This document shows, in pieces, positions 53,226 through 61,841 of a stretch of DNA of 64,000 nucleotides (within the stretch, counting starts at the first letter, position 1; each line of letters begins with the position of its first letter). Source of the stretch: a bacterium (lineage in GTDB: Bacteria; Patescibacteriota; Patescibacteriia; JACPHY01); NCBI GenBank assembly GCA_030647005.1, contig JAUSKG010000022.1, positions 18,196 through 82,195 on the forward strand, in the 5' to 3' direction. A program made the position numbers and the translations under genes. The notes under the pieces are model-generated. The model had not been told where the DNA came from, made no database searches, and worked only from the letters and a program-made list of their open reading frames with translations.

Positions 53226-55898
53226 TCAGTTCTTCTGTCCCTCCGTTGCATCAACGATCGCTGCGATCTCCTGGAGCTCGCGCAGATTAACGACAGATGG
53301 GAGTGTCTCCGGTTGGAGCACTGCCCGTGCATCGGCGATGATCCGCTCGATGTCATCCGGCAGCGACCGACGGGAGTTCGCGGCGGCGACGGCGGCGAGC
53401 GTCATCTTGGCATCCTGCAGGCGATCCGCGGATGGCACCGCATCGGCAATCGCGTCGGCGAGCGACTGCGTGGTGATGGTCCCGCCACCAAACTGGTAGG
53501 CGCGACGGCAGCAGTTGAGGATGCCCGCACCGGAGAACCCGCGTGCGCGGACCTGCGCCACGAACGGCGTGAAGTCCGCAACCGTGCACGGGAACTGCTC
53601 GCGCGCAACGTACACCGGGAACAACCCCGAGTACTCCGCGTCGCCCGTGATGACGACGATACGCTCGTCCGCGCGACCGTCGCGCTTCATCGCGGGGTCC
53701 ATGAGGTCTGGCCGATTCGTCGCCTTGACGAACAGCACGCAACCGCGAATGCGCTCGTCCGCCTCGAACTCCATGAGCCGCTGACGGATGCGATTGGAGA
53801 CACCGGTGTCGCCCTGTGGCATATCGCGGCCGCTGTCCTCCTGGTCCGTCTCATCGCGGAAGACGATGCACGGTGCGAGGTCGAGGAGTGCCTGGCAGAC
53901 CTCCTCGACGCGCTGCTCGGAGTTCCCCACGAACATGCTCCGCAGGTTTCGGAACTTCACGAGGAGCATGTCGCACTCCCGCGCGAACGCCTCCGCGATC
54001 GCGGTCTTGCCCGTTCCCGGCGGGCCCATGAGGAGCACGCCCTGGGGTACGGCCTTCACGTCTCCGCTGCGCATCGCGTCTCGCGCAGCAATGAGCACGC
54101 GCTTGACGTGACCGAGGCCGGCGAGGCCGGCAAAGCCGTAGCGGGGCTCCACGATGGTGAGGAGATGCCCGTACGCACGGTGGAGAAGCGCGACGCGCCG
54201 TTCGGCAATCGTTGCCGCGTCGAGCGTTGGATCGCGGAGCAACGCGGCGATGTCGCGGTAGCTCATGCCCTGGGTGTGTCGCACGAAGGCGGAGATGCCC
54301 ATCTTCGGCGTGGAGAGCTGACCGCCGCTCTCTGCCGCCGCGAGCGCGGCATTCGCCTGCTCGTGTGTTGCGCGAGCAGCACGGATCTCCGGAGTATCCG
54401 GATGCTCCGCGCGCGCGGCGAGCGGCGCGATCTGCTGTGCGATGCGGTCGCGCTCACGCTCCCAACGGACGAGTGCATGGCCGTGCGCATGCTGCACGGC
54501 ATCCGTTGCCTTTCGGTACGCCTCCTGTGCCTTGCGCACTGCGCGGGGAACAACGTCTGCCTCGTCTGTGCACGCGCTGCGCTGCTCGGTGAGCGACCGC
54601 AGCTCATCCTCAAGCGCAAAACGTCGCTTCGGCACGCGGAGCACTGCGCGAAGTCCGTCCGGGAGCGGAAGCGGACTCGCATCGTAGAGGTCCGTGCTGA
54701 CGATGAAACCGTTCTGGTGCGTGTACAGCATCGCCGACAGCTCCGATGCCCCGCCGGGGAGCGTGAAACGATACACGCCACTGCGCTCGCGCTGCGCCAC
54801 GACGAACGTGTACACATGGAAGACCCCGCTCGCCTCTACGAACTCCACACGCACGCCATCACCCACACCGAGCTGCTTCCAAACCGTCGCGCTCATCGGT
54901 ACGCACGCGATGTCCGGAGCGGTGAGCGTGCGCTCGATCGTTGCGATTGCTGCGTCGAGTGTATGACGTCGCTGGTGCGCAACCGCGTTTTGCTTCCGCT
55001 CCGCCTCGTCGCGCTCCAATGTGGCGCGCTCACGCGCAGTCACGGCTTTCCGGTACGTCCGATCGTCGGCGAGGGTCCTCTCGCGCACTGCGTCGTGCGC
55101 GCGCCGCGCATCGTACAGCGGATCGAGCGTGACAAACACACGCTCGCGCTCCGCCTCCTCAAGCGCTGCGAGCGCCTCCGCAGCGGTATGCACCGCCGTG
55201 CGGAGATCAACCACACCTCCGCAGCACCGCCGAACGAACGCACAACGCTCCTCTTCCGTGGGTCTGCCGATGGCGATGGTCGTCAGCGGCCCATCCGGCC
55301 TGCGGAGAAGCTCATCCACGGATGCGGCAGTTGGCGCAGCGCACGCGATGAGGTGCCCGGCGCGCCGAAACCGATCCATGGACAACAGCTGGAGGAGCGC
55401 GAGTGCGGCGGCGCGACGCTCCGGCAGCGCGGCAGCGCCGGACTCGGCCGGCAGCACCACGTCAAGCGCGGGGAGGAGCGCGATGCACCGCTTTGGCGCG
55501 TCACTGCGTGCGGCGGATACGAAGACATCGCGCATGGCTAAGGTCGCGGAGAGCGGGCTGCGCGGGAGCGCGGCCGCATCGGCCGCGACGCGCTCCGCCG
55601 CTGCAGTCGCATCATTGGCTGGCGACGCACCGCCACCGCTCGCATCGAGCAGTGCCCGAAAACGCTCCTCATGGACATCGTGCGGGAATGTGAACCCGCG
55701 CGCCGCATCGTACACCCAGCAGAGCACGCTATCGTCATCCGCAGTGAGATGCGCGAAGAGCACTTCCTCGAACGCCGCGAGCGCGTCCACCGGCTGGTCT
55801 CCTGCATGGATGGGAAATCCATCCCCAATCCCGCCCGTGAACAGAAACGCGTGCACGCCACGCTGACGCGCTTCGTCCAACGCCTGAAGCCAGTGCAT
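53226..55898 (-). CDS. AAA+ ATPase (Ycf46/CDC48-like C-terminal domain) with degenerate N-terminal AAA-like domain and long coiled-coil insert
   Basis: Walker A GPPGTGKT, Walker B IVFRDE, sensor ATNRPD, Arg finger KRDGR; AGAGGAGG Shine-Dalgarno before MHWLQ. Confidence 0.85.
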   Translation of the reverse strand: MHWLQALDEARQRGVHAFLFTGGIGDGFPIHAGDQPVDALAAFEEVLFAHLTADDDSVLCWVYDAARGFTFPHDVHEERFRALLDASGGGASPANDATAAAERVAADAAALPRSPLSATLAMRDVFVSAARSDAPKRCIALLPALDVVLPAESGAAALPERRAAALALLQLLSMDRFRRAGHLIACAAPTAASVDELLRRPDGPLTTIAIGRPTEEERCAFVRRCCGGVVDLRTAVHTAAEALAALEEAERERVFVTLDPLYDARRAHDAVRERTLADDRTYRKAVTARERATLERDEAERKQNAVAHQRRHTLDAAIATIERTLTAPDIACVPMSATVWKQLGVGDGVRVEFVEASGVFHVYTFVVAQRERSGVYRFTLPGGASELSAMLYTHQNGFIVSTDLYDASPLPLPDGLRAVLRVPKRRFALEDELRSLTEQRSACTDEADVVPRAVRKAQEAYRKATDAVQHAHGHALVRWERERDRIAQQIAPLAARAEHPDTPEIRAARATHEQANAALAAAESGGQLSTPKMGISAFVRHTQGMSYRDIAALLRDPTLDAATIAERRVALLHRAYGHLLTIVEPRYGFAGLAGLGHVKRVLIAARDAMRSGDVKAVPQGVLLMGPPGTGKTAIAEAFARECDMLLVKFRNLRSMFVGNSEQRVEEVCQALLDLAPCIVFRDETDQEDSGRDMPQGDTGVSNRIRQRLMEFEADERIRGCVLFVKATNRPDLMDPAMKRDGRADERIVVITGDAEYSGLFPVYVAREQFPCTVADFTPFVAQVRARGFSGAGILNCCRRAYQFGGGTITTQSLADAIADAVPSADRLQDAKMTLAAVAAANSRRSLPDDIERIIADARAVLQPETLPSVVNLRELQEIAAIVDATEGQKN

Positions 55899-55951
55899 GG
55901 CTCCTCCTCTCGTGAGTTGTCCAAAGAATCGTCGGGACATCCCGACGCTGC

Positions 55952-55980
55952 ACCATAGCACTGGAGCGCGTAGCTGTCAA
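55952..55980 (-). promoter_or_regulatory. sigma70 promoter for the AAA+ gene
   Basis: TTGACA-17 nt-TATGGT with extended -10 TG. Confidence 0.7.
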
Positions 55981-55996
55981 ACAAACACACAAGAGA

Positions 55997-56026
55997 ATCC
56001 CCCACCCTTCTGAAAGGATGGGGGAT
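55997..56026 (-). other. Stem-loop directly downstream of the VR-like gene (DGR cis hairpin or terminator)
   Basis: Minus strand ATCCCCCAtCCTT-tcag-AAGGgTGGGGGAT, preceded by TACTTTGATACTTTG repeat. Confidence 0.7.
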
Positions 56027-56047
56027 CAAAGTATCAAAGTACAAATC

Positions 56048-56812
56048 TCATGGTTTGACTGGGTCCGAGGCGCGCGAACCCCAGCCAACGGAGGAGGAAC
56101 CGAGATCGGCAGCATCCCACCCGCGCACGCACACGCGACCGGCGGCCCCGTCCGCGCGGAGAGCACCAGAGGCACGAGGGCCGAAGCGGGTGCGGAGCAA
56201 ACACCAGGTGGGAACATCGAACATGCGGTTGTGCTCGTGGCGGGTCGCGTGCCAGGAGAGGGTGTACTCCTCGAGGGAGGGCATACGGAATCCGGGCAGG
56301 GCGGTGAGGTCGTTCCAGGAGGTGCCGGTGCGTGGGCATGCGTCAGGGGTTTCCACCCATGACCAGCGGGGGAAGGCGACATCCTCCCATACGATCTGCG
56401 CGCGGTTGGGGTCTCCATCTTTTGCCGTCCAGTGATCGCGCTGCCCCACGGCTGCCATGAAGCGGTCGTAGGCGAGGGAGGGACTCGCCTTGCTCGTGTA
56501 CAGGGAGCTCGGTGTCTGGAGGATGAGCGTTTGCGGGGCGCGGTGCCTCGCGGGGTGCTCATCCGTGCAGAACGTGCCTGCGGTGCGTTGCTCGTACTCC
56601 TCGTCCGTGATGTTCGGGGGGAGAAGGTCTGCGAGCGCGCTCGCTGGCAGGAGGGCGAGGACTGGCGTTAGGTACTGCACCCACCAGTCCCTGCGGGCTT
56701 GTGCCATGGGACCGGCGCGGAGGCCGCGCATGTGCGCGACGGCGCGCGCGATCTCGCGGGCGATGGCCGGGTGCTTCGGATCGGTGTTGATCACCTGCTT
56801 CTGCGGGGGCAT
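56048..56812 (-). CDS. Hypothetical protein with C-type-lectin-fold-like C-terminus; candidate DGR target
   Basis: GAAAGGAG Shine-Dalgarno before MPPQKQ; FRMPSLEEY and C-terminal W..L.TR...V.V..W......GWGSR pattern; adenine-depleted 3' end. Confidence 0.65.
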   Translation of the reverse strand: MPPQKQVINTDPKHPAIAREIARAVAHMRGLRAGPMAQARRDWWVQYLTPVLALLPASALADLLPPNITDEEYEQRTAGTFCTDEHPARHRAPQTLILQTPSSLYTSKASPSLAYDRFMAAVGQRDHWTAKDGDPNRAQIVWEDVAFPRWSWVETPDACPRTGTSWNDLTALPGFRMPSLEEYTLSWHATRHEHNRMFDVPTWCLLRTRFGPRASGALRADGAAGRVCVRGWDAADLGSSSVGWGSRASDPVKP

Positions 56813-56922
56813 GGGGGAGCTCCTTTCGTGGGGGGTTGGTTGGTGAAGGAACAATGAGGCATCGGCCTCCCCGCCGCCTCGGAGCCGAAAGATGGCGCGC
56901 GGGAAGAGCGCGCCGCGGGGAA

Positions 56923-57540
56923 CTACAGCGTTGCGTCTGCAAGATCGAGCACCACACGAACGAGCTCGTAGTCCGTCACACCAGTAACGAGAGTACCGTC
57001 GGGTGCCACTACCACTTCGACTTCCGTGTGCAGGAACTCGTCCAGTGTGTGGCGGCCGGTGAGCAGATGCATGCGCTGGTTGCTCGAGCCACGGAGCGGA
57101 TCGCCTGCTGCGAGACGTTGGACGAACCGTCCGTCAATGAGCACGTCGAGTTGCTCCAGAAGTGCTTGGGCGCCAACTGGTGCATGCTCGCTGCGAAGCT
57201 CACGGAGTGTATAGCCCGACCACGCGAGCGTGGAGAGACCTCGCACTCGCGCATGGCGCGCGATCTCGACGAGTGCTGGTGCCTGCGCGAACGGATCACC
57301 ACCGGAGAAGGACACGCCGTCAATGCCGTGCTCTGCCTTCGCACGATCAATCCACGCACTGACCTGCGCGACGGTGTGCTGTTCCGACCCACGCCCGTCA
57401 CGCGCGAACGCTTGGAGCTCCGGCGTGGCGCACCCGCGACATCGAAACGGACAACCGCGCATCCAGAGGCACGCGCGCAACCCGGGCCCCATGGCGCGGG
57501 TTGCCTCTTGGAAGCGACCGACGGAGCAGAACGCACTCAT
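56923..57540 (-). CDS. Radical SAM 4Fe-4S protein (NrdG-like activase family)
   Basis: GPGLR, GCPFRCRGC (CxxxCxxC), GVSFSGGDP, WSGY, LIDGRF, RGSSNQ. Confidence 0.88.
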   Translation of the reverse strand: MSAFCSVGRFQEATRAMGPGLRACLWMRGCPFRCRGCATPELQAFARDGRGSEQHTVAQVSAWIDRAKAEHGIDGVSFSGGDPFAQAPALVEIARHARVRGLSTLAWSGYTLRELRSEHAPVGAQALLEQLDVLIDGRFVQRLAAGDPLRGSSNQRMHLLTGRHTLDEFLHTEVEVVVAPDGTLVTGVTDYELVRVVLDLADATL

Positions 57541-57755
57541 GTGCCACCTCCGATCTTCACGCCGTGTCGCACACCGTTCGGCACCGCCGGCGGGTCCTCC
57601 ACGCGCTCGTCCGTGAGGCGAACGCCGCCGATCTCGAGTATCGCGCGGAGCAACGCTGCGGCATCATCGCACTCGGTGCTCCCATCCGGCATGTTGATGT
57701 CCACGCGCGTCGTTCCGTCGGGAAGCAATGTGACACGGATGACTTCGTCGCTCAT
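57537..57755 (-). CDS. Small protein, DUF2997-like
   Basis: 72 aa MSDEVIRVTLLPDGTTRVD...GSTEC...L; overlaps both neighbours by 4 nt; GGAGG Shine-Dalgarno. Confidence 0.6.
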   Translation of the reverse strand: MSDEVIRVTLLPDGTTRVDINMPDGSTECDDAAALLRAILEIGGVRLTDERVEDPPAVPNGVRHGVKIGGGT

Positions 57756-58276
57756 ACGCCACCTCCCACCTTGACGGTGAAGCGCACCGAGCCGTCCGAT
57801 GCCTGCTCCTCCGTACTCGTTCCACGGAGGTATGCGCCGAGGATGCGCATCGCGCGCCGCACGAACGCGACGCGGTACGCCTCGCGCAGGCGATCTTCCA
57901 TCTCCGTGAGATCGCCCGCATGGTCTTTCGGAGCAACACCGTGGAGTTGCATCGTGCCGTTCTCCCGCTGCACGATGCCGAGCTGACGATCGCCGGAGAG
58001 CGTGAGGACACCGATGACATCGCCGACCGGCGGATGCCACTCCCCGCTCCAAAAGTCATGCGGACGCGAGAAGGTGGCGGCAGTCGCGCACCTGAGCTCC
58101 TCGGCGAGCTGATGCACGGCTTCTGCGGCTGCCTCACGCACAATATCGTTCCATGCAACGCGGTGCAGCAAACGGCCGACTGCCGGACGCTGTGCCGCGT
58201 ACTTCGCGATGATCTCCTGCAGTGAAGCCGACACACCGTCGAGCACGCGCTGGCGTGCAATGAAATGCAACGACAT
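57752..58276 (-). CDS. Hypothetical protein with DUF1257/Ycf35-like C-terminal half
   Basis: LGIVQRENGTMQL...LREAYR...EEQASDGSVRFTVKV; AAGGGAGG Shine-Dalgarno. Confidence 0.55.
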   Translation of the reverse strand: MSLHFIARQRVLDGVSASLQEIIAKYAAQRPAVGRLLHRVAWNDIVREAAAEAVHQLAEELRCATAATFSRPHDFWSGEWHPPVGDVIGVLTLSGDRQLGIVQRENGTMQLHGVAPKDHAGDLTEMEDRLREAYRVAFVRRAMRILGAYLRGTSTEEQASDGSVRFTVKVGGGV

Positions 58277-58334
58277 GCTACCTCCCTTTCCGCTCAGTTC
58301 TCCAATGAACAACCGGGGGGACCCCCAGCCCTGC

Positions 58335-58363
58335 ACCATACACAAAAAAAACGGGTGTGTCAA
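58335..58363 (-). promoter_or_regulatory. sigma70 promoter for the DUF1257/DUF2997/radical SAM operon
   Basis: TTGACA-17 nt-TATGGT followed by GCAG, same -35/-10 as the AAA+ promoter. Confidence 0.7.
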
Positions 58364-58396
58364 ATAGCACTCGCCACCATCATACCGTGATGCTGC

Positions 58397-59383
58397 CTAC
58401 CGTTTCTCCGACGTGTCCCAGTCAATCATCACGGCCGGTTTGCCCGCGTGCGTCTGGAGGTACTTGAACACCTGGAACGCGGCTTTCACGCCCTCACCCA
58501 CCGATACCGCGGCTTGCTTGTACGCAATGTCGCAGAGGTCGCCGGCTGCGAACACACCGGGCGTGCTCGTCTCGCAATCGCGCGTGATGACTACCTCGCG
58601 CTTCGTGTTCAAGGTGACGATGTCCGAGAGCCACGTCGTGTGCGCGCGGAAACCGATCTGCACGAAGACGGAGTCCACGTCGAGCACGCGGAGGTCGCCC
58701 GCAACCGGCTCGCCGGTCTTTGGATCGGTCGGAGCGAGCATGACTTGCGCGACACGCCCATCGCCGCGCACCTCGACCACCTTCCGCGCGGTGAGCTGCT
58801 CAACGCCCGTCATCTCAGCGAGCCGATCGAGGAGCGGCCGCTCCGCGCTGAACGCCGCGCGACGATGGATGAGGTACACCTTCGCCGCACGCGGTGCGAG
58901 CGCGAGCGCGGCGGTGACCGCCGAGCTCCCGCCACCGACCACCGCAACGACCTTGCCGTCCTGCGTGGGCGCGTCATCAACCGCCGAGTAGTACACGCCC
59001 TTGCCGACGAATTCCTGCTCACCGTCTGCACCGAGGTCATTCGGCGTGAGCCCGAACGCGAGAATGATGGCTTTCGTCTCGAGCGGTGCACCTTGGCGGA
59101 GCGACACGACGAACCCCGCGGTACTCCGCTGGATCCCTGTCACCTCGCCGAGGAGCACCCGTGCGCCGTCGCGCTTCGCCTGCATGAGCATCCGATCGAC
59201 AAGCGCACGACCGCCAATGCGATCAACACCCGGGTAGTTCTCAATCCACTCGGTGAGTGCGAGCTGTCCGCCGATGTCCTTCGAGATGATCTGCGTCGTG
59301 AGACCGCGCCGCGCCGCGAACATCGCCGCCGCGAGGCCGGCCGGACCAGCACCGACGACCACGACATCGAGATGCTCCTGCAT
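58397..59383 (-). CDS. trxB: Thioredoxin-reductase-family FAD oxidoreductase lacking the CxxC motif
   Basis: GAGPAG, IENYPG, VGGGSSA, IHRR, FAAGD; the usual CAxCD is YSAVDD here. Confidence 0.75.
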   Translation of the reverse strand: MQEHLDVVVVGAGPAGLAAAMFAARRGLTTQIISKDIGGQLALTEWIENYPGVDRIGGRALVDRMLMQAKRDGARVLLGEVTGIQRSTAGFVVSLRQGAPLETKAIILAFGLTPNDLGADGEQEFVGKGVYYSAVDDAPTQDGKVVAVVGGGSSAVTAALALAPRAAKVYLIHRRAAFSAERPLLDRLAEMTGVEQLTARKVVEVRGDGRVAQVMLAPTDPKTGEPVAGDLRVLDVDSVFVQIGFRAHTTWLSDIVTLNTKREVVITRDCETSTPGVFAAGDLCDIAYKQAAVSVGEGVKAAFQVFKYLQTHAGKPAVMIDWDTSEKR

Positions 59384-59411
59384 TTTGCGTTTTACGTTCG
59401 TCATTCTGCGT

Positions 59412-61418
59412 TTATCCCAGTTTCTTCTTCTTCACCGTCACGCGGATGAACTTCAGCACGTCGCCCACTTCCGTGTCCACGATCCCCTTCACCTTCACGC
59501 CGCACTCCTGACTCTCCACGACCTCGCGGACATCCTCCCTGCCGGATTGGAGCGCCTGGAGCGTGCCCTCGGCACCATCGCGGTCGCGGATGATCTGCAC
59601 GGTAGGGTCCATGATGATCGCACCGCGCTCGACCCGCCCGCCGAGAATCTGCCAGTGCTCGGACGCACGGAAGAGCGCGAGGACCTTGAGCTGCCCGAGT
59701 TCCTCGACGATACGCTCTTCCGGGAGCCGCGCCTCAAGCGCACGGCGCACCTCCTTGAGGAGCTCGTAGATGACCTTGTGCGTGACGACTGAGACCTTCT
59801 CCTCGCGCGCGAGTGTTTCGATGTGGTCGGGCGCGCGCACGCCGAACCCAAAGATCACCGCCGAGACCGCCGCGGCCTGCTTCACGTCATTCTCCGTAAT
59901 CGTCCCCAGTCCCTTCGCGATCACGCGCACGCGCGCGATGGGAGTGCTGATCTTCTCAATCTCCGACGCGAAGGCCTCGAGCGACCCAAGCACGTCTGCG
60001 CGGATCATCACCGGTAGGATCGTCGCGGGCTCCTCACCCTCGTCCTCCGCACGTGCGGGCATCGTCACCGGTGAAGGCGCAGCGTCGCGCTTCGTCGCTT
60101 TCTGCCGCTTCGTTCTCGTGAGGAGCTTGGCGTCGGCCGCCACCGACACGACGTCGCCTACCTCCGGAAGCACCTTGAACCCCAAGATGCGCGCTGGCAT
60201 GGACGGTGTCGCTGCGAGGATCGCATCGCCGTTGTAGTTCGTCATCGCGCGCACCTTTCCGACGAACGCACCGGCATCCGCGAGAACATCGCCCACGCGA
60301 AGCGTCCCGCGCTGGACGAGGAGCGTCGCAACTGGCCCCTCCTGCTTGTCTACATGCGACTCCACGGTGACGGTCGTTGCATACCCTCCCGCCTCGACGC
60401 GACGCCGCGCCTCATCAATATCCGCAACGAGGAGGATGACCTCGAGGAGCGTCTCGATGCCGGTCCCCTCCTTGGCGGACACGGGCACGAACGGCGTCTT
60501 CCCACCCCAGTCCTCCGGCGTCACGCCGAGTGCGCCGAGCTCGGACCTCACCGTGTCGAGGTTCGCGTCCGGCTTGTCCATCTTGTTCACGGCGACAACG
60601 AACGGCACCTTCGCCGCCTGGATAATCTTGAGTGCTTCTCGCGTCTGCGGTTGCACGCCGTCATCCGCCGCCACCACGAGAATGGCGACGTCCGCGATAC
60701 GCGCACCACGCGAGCGCATGGTCGTGAAGGCCTCATGCCCGGGCGTATCAATGAACGTGACGAGTCGGTCACCGTACTGTGTTTGATACGCGCCAATGTG
60801 CTGCGTGATCCCACCGGCTTCACCTGCTGCGACGTGTGTAGAGCGGATGCGGTCAAGAATCGCCGTCTTCCCGTGGTCCACGTGCCCCATGACCACGACG
60901 ACTGGTGGTCGCGTCATCCCATCTGCCGTACTCACCACCGGAACGTCTGTTTCATCGGCAACTGCCTCTGCAATCGCATCTTCCATGCGCGTGTCCACCT
61001 TCGGATGGGGCTTGAACCCCAGGTCTTCCGCGATGATCGCCGCGGTTGCGTAGTCAATCGGCTCGTTGAGGTTCGCGAGGATGCCGTTGCGCAGGAGCTC
61101 CTGGAGGACCTCGGAGACCGTCATGCCGAGGAGCGACGCAAAATCGCGCACGGTGATGATCGCGGGAATGGCAACGGTCTTCGCGGTGCCCTCCGCCACG
61201 GCAGTGCGGCGCTTCTCGCGCAGCTCTTCCTCATGCTCTTTCTCGCGCTGCCGTTGAATCTCTCGACGGATGCGTGGCCACTGCTTGAGGAACCGTTGCG
61301 CGAGCCGGTCGTCAATCTTGATCGCACGCCGACCGATATCAAAACCATACCGCGGGAGCAGCTCGTACAGCTCCTGCGGCGGGACGTTACATCGTCGTGC
61401 GAGTTCGGTGACGTTCAT
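59412..61418 (-). CDS. infB: Translation initiation factor IF-2
   Basis: MGHVDHGKT, GGITQHIGA, DTPGHEAF, NKMD. Confidence 0.96.
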   Translation of the reverse strand: MNVTELARRCNVPPQELYELLPRYGFDIGRRAIKIDDRLAQRFLKQWPRIRREIQRQREKEHEEELREKRRTAVAEGTAKTVAIPAIITVRDFASLLGMTVSEVLQELLRNGILANLNEPIDYATAAIIAEDLGFKPHPKVDTRMEDAIAEAVADETDVPVVSTADGMTRPPVVVVMGHVDHGKTAILDRIRSTHVAAGEAGGITQHIGAYQTQYGDRLVTFIDTPGHEAFTTMRSRGARIADVAILVVAADDGVQPQTREALKIIQAAKVPFVVAVNKMDKPDANLDTVRSELGALGVTPEDWGGKTPFVPVSAKEGTGIETLLEVILLVADIDEARRRVEAGGYATTVTVESHVDKQEGPVATLLVQRGTLRVGDVLADAGAFVGKVRAMTNYNGDAILAATPSMPARILGFKVLPEVGDVVSVAADAKLLTRTKRQKATKRDAAPSPVTMPARAEDEGEEPATILPVMIRADVLGSLEAFASEIEKISTPIARVRVIAKGLGTITENDVKQAAAVSAVIFGFGVRAPDHIETLAREEKVSVVTHKVIYELLKEVRRALEARLPEERIVEELGQLKVLALFRASEHWQILGGRVERGAIIMDPTVQIIRDRDGAEGTLQALQSGREDVREVVESQECGVKVKGIVDTEVGDVLKFIRVTVKKKKLG

Positions 61419-61549
61419 AGGTTGACCATGTAGAAAAAGATGTAGTGGAGGCCTTCAGGCCTCCATCCCTCCTCCTATGGGATATTTTCTACGGTCTCAG
61501 GTTGACCATCTCCTCTCAACATAGCGGAAAGGTGGAAAACGTCAAGGAC

Positions 61550-61578
61550 TTGCTCGCGCGTGTGTCTCCTGCTATGCT
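61550..61578 (+). promoter_or_regulatory. Putative sigma70 promoter upstream of rny
   Basis: TTGCTC-17 nt-TATGCT with extended -10 TG. Confidence 0.5.
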
Positions 61579-61841
61579 CCAAGCATGGAGGCCCGAGCAT
61601 CGGGACCCTCCGCATAACGGAACACGAGACGTACTCCAGCGGTGAGCTTTTCGGCACATGACCTGCACCATTGCTGTCTCTTCCTCGACATCGGTACACG
61701 CTCCCCGACCATCAATGGACGGGAGCGTTCGCGTGGTTGCATCCGCTCCCCCGATGGCCTGAACGACCGCAAACGCCGCTCACGCTCACTCCCCTGGATG
61801 ACCCGCTCTCCCGAGCGGTTGTACGCCTCGTGCACAATTCT

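Noticed and set aside
53313-55541. Long plus-strand ORFs (742 aa here; also 11384-13081, 13011-14528, 16858-18324, 32879-34465)
   Set aside because: Antisense shadows of well-supported minus-strand genes in GC-rich DNA; no recognisable motifs
56923-57540. Calling the radical SAM gene nrdG
   Set aside because: No nrdD nearby; it is coupled to the DUF2997-like gene instead
55900-58400. Complete DGR cassette or prophage in this window
   Set aside because: No reverse transcriptase, Avd, template repeat, integrase or phage structural gene was recognised; only a target-like gene is supported
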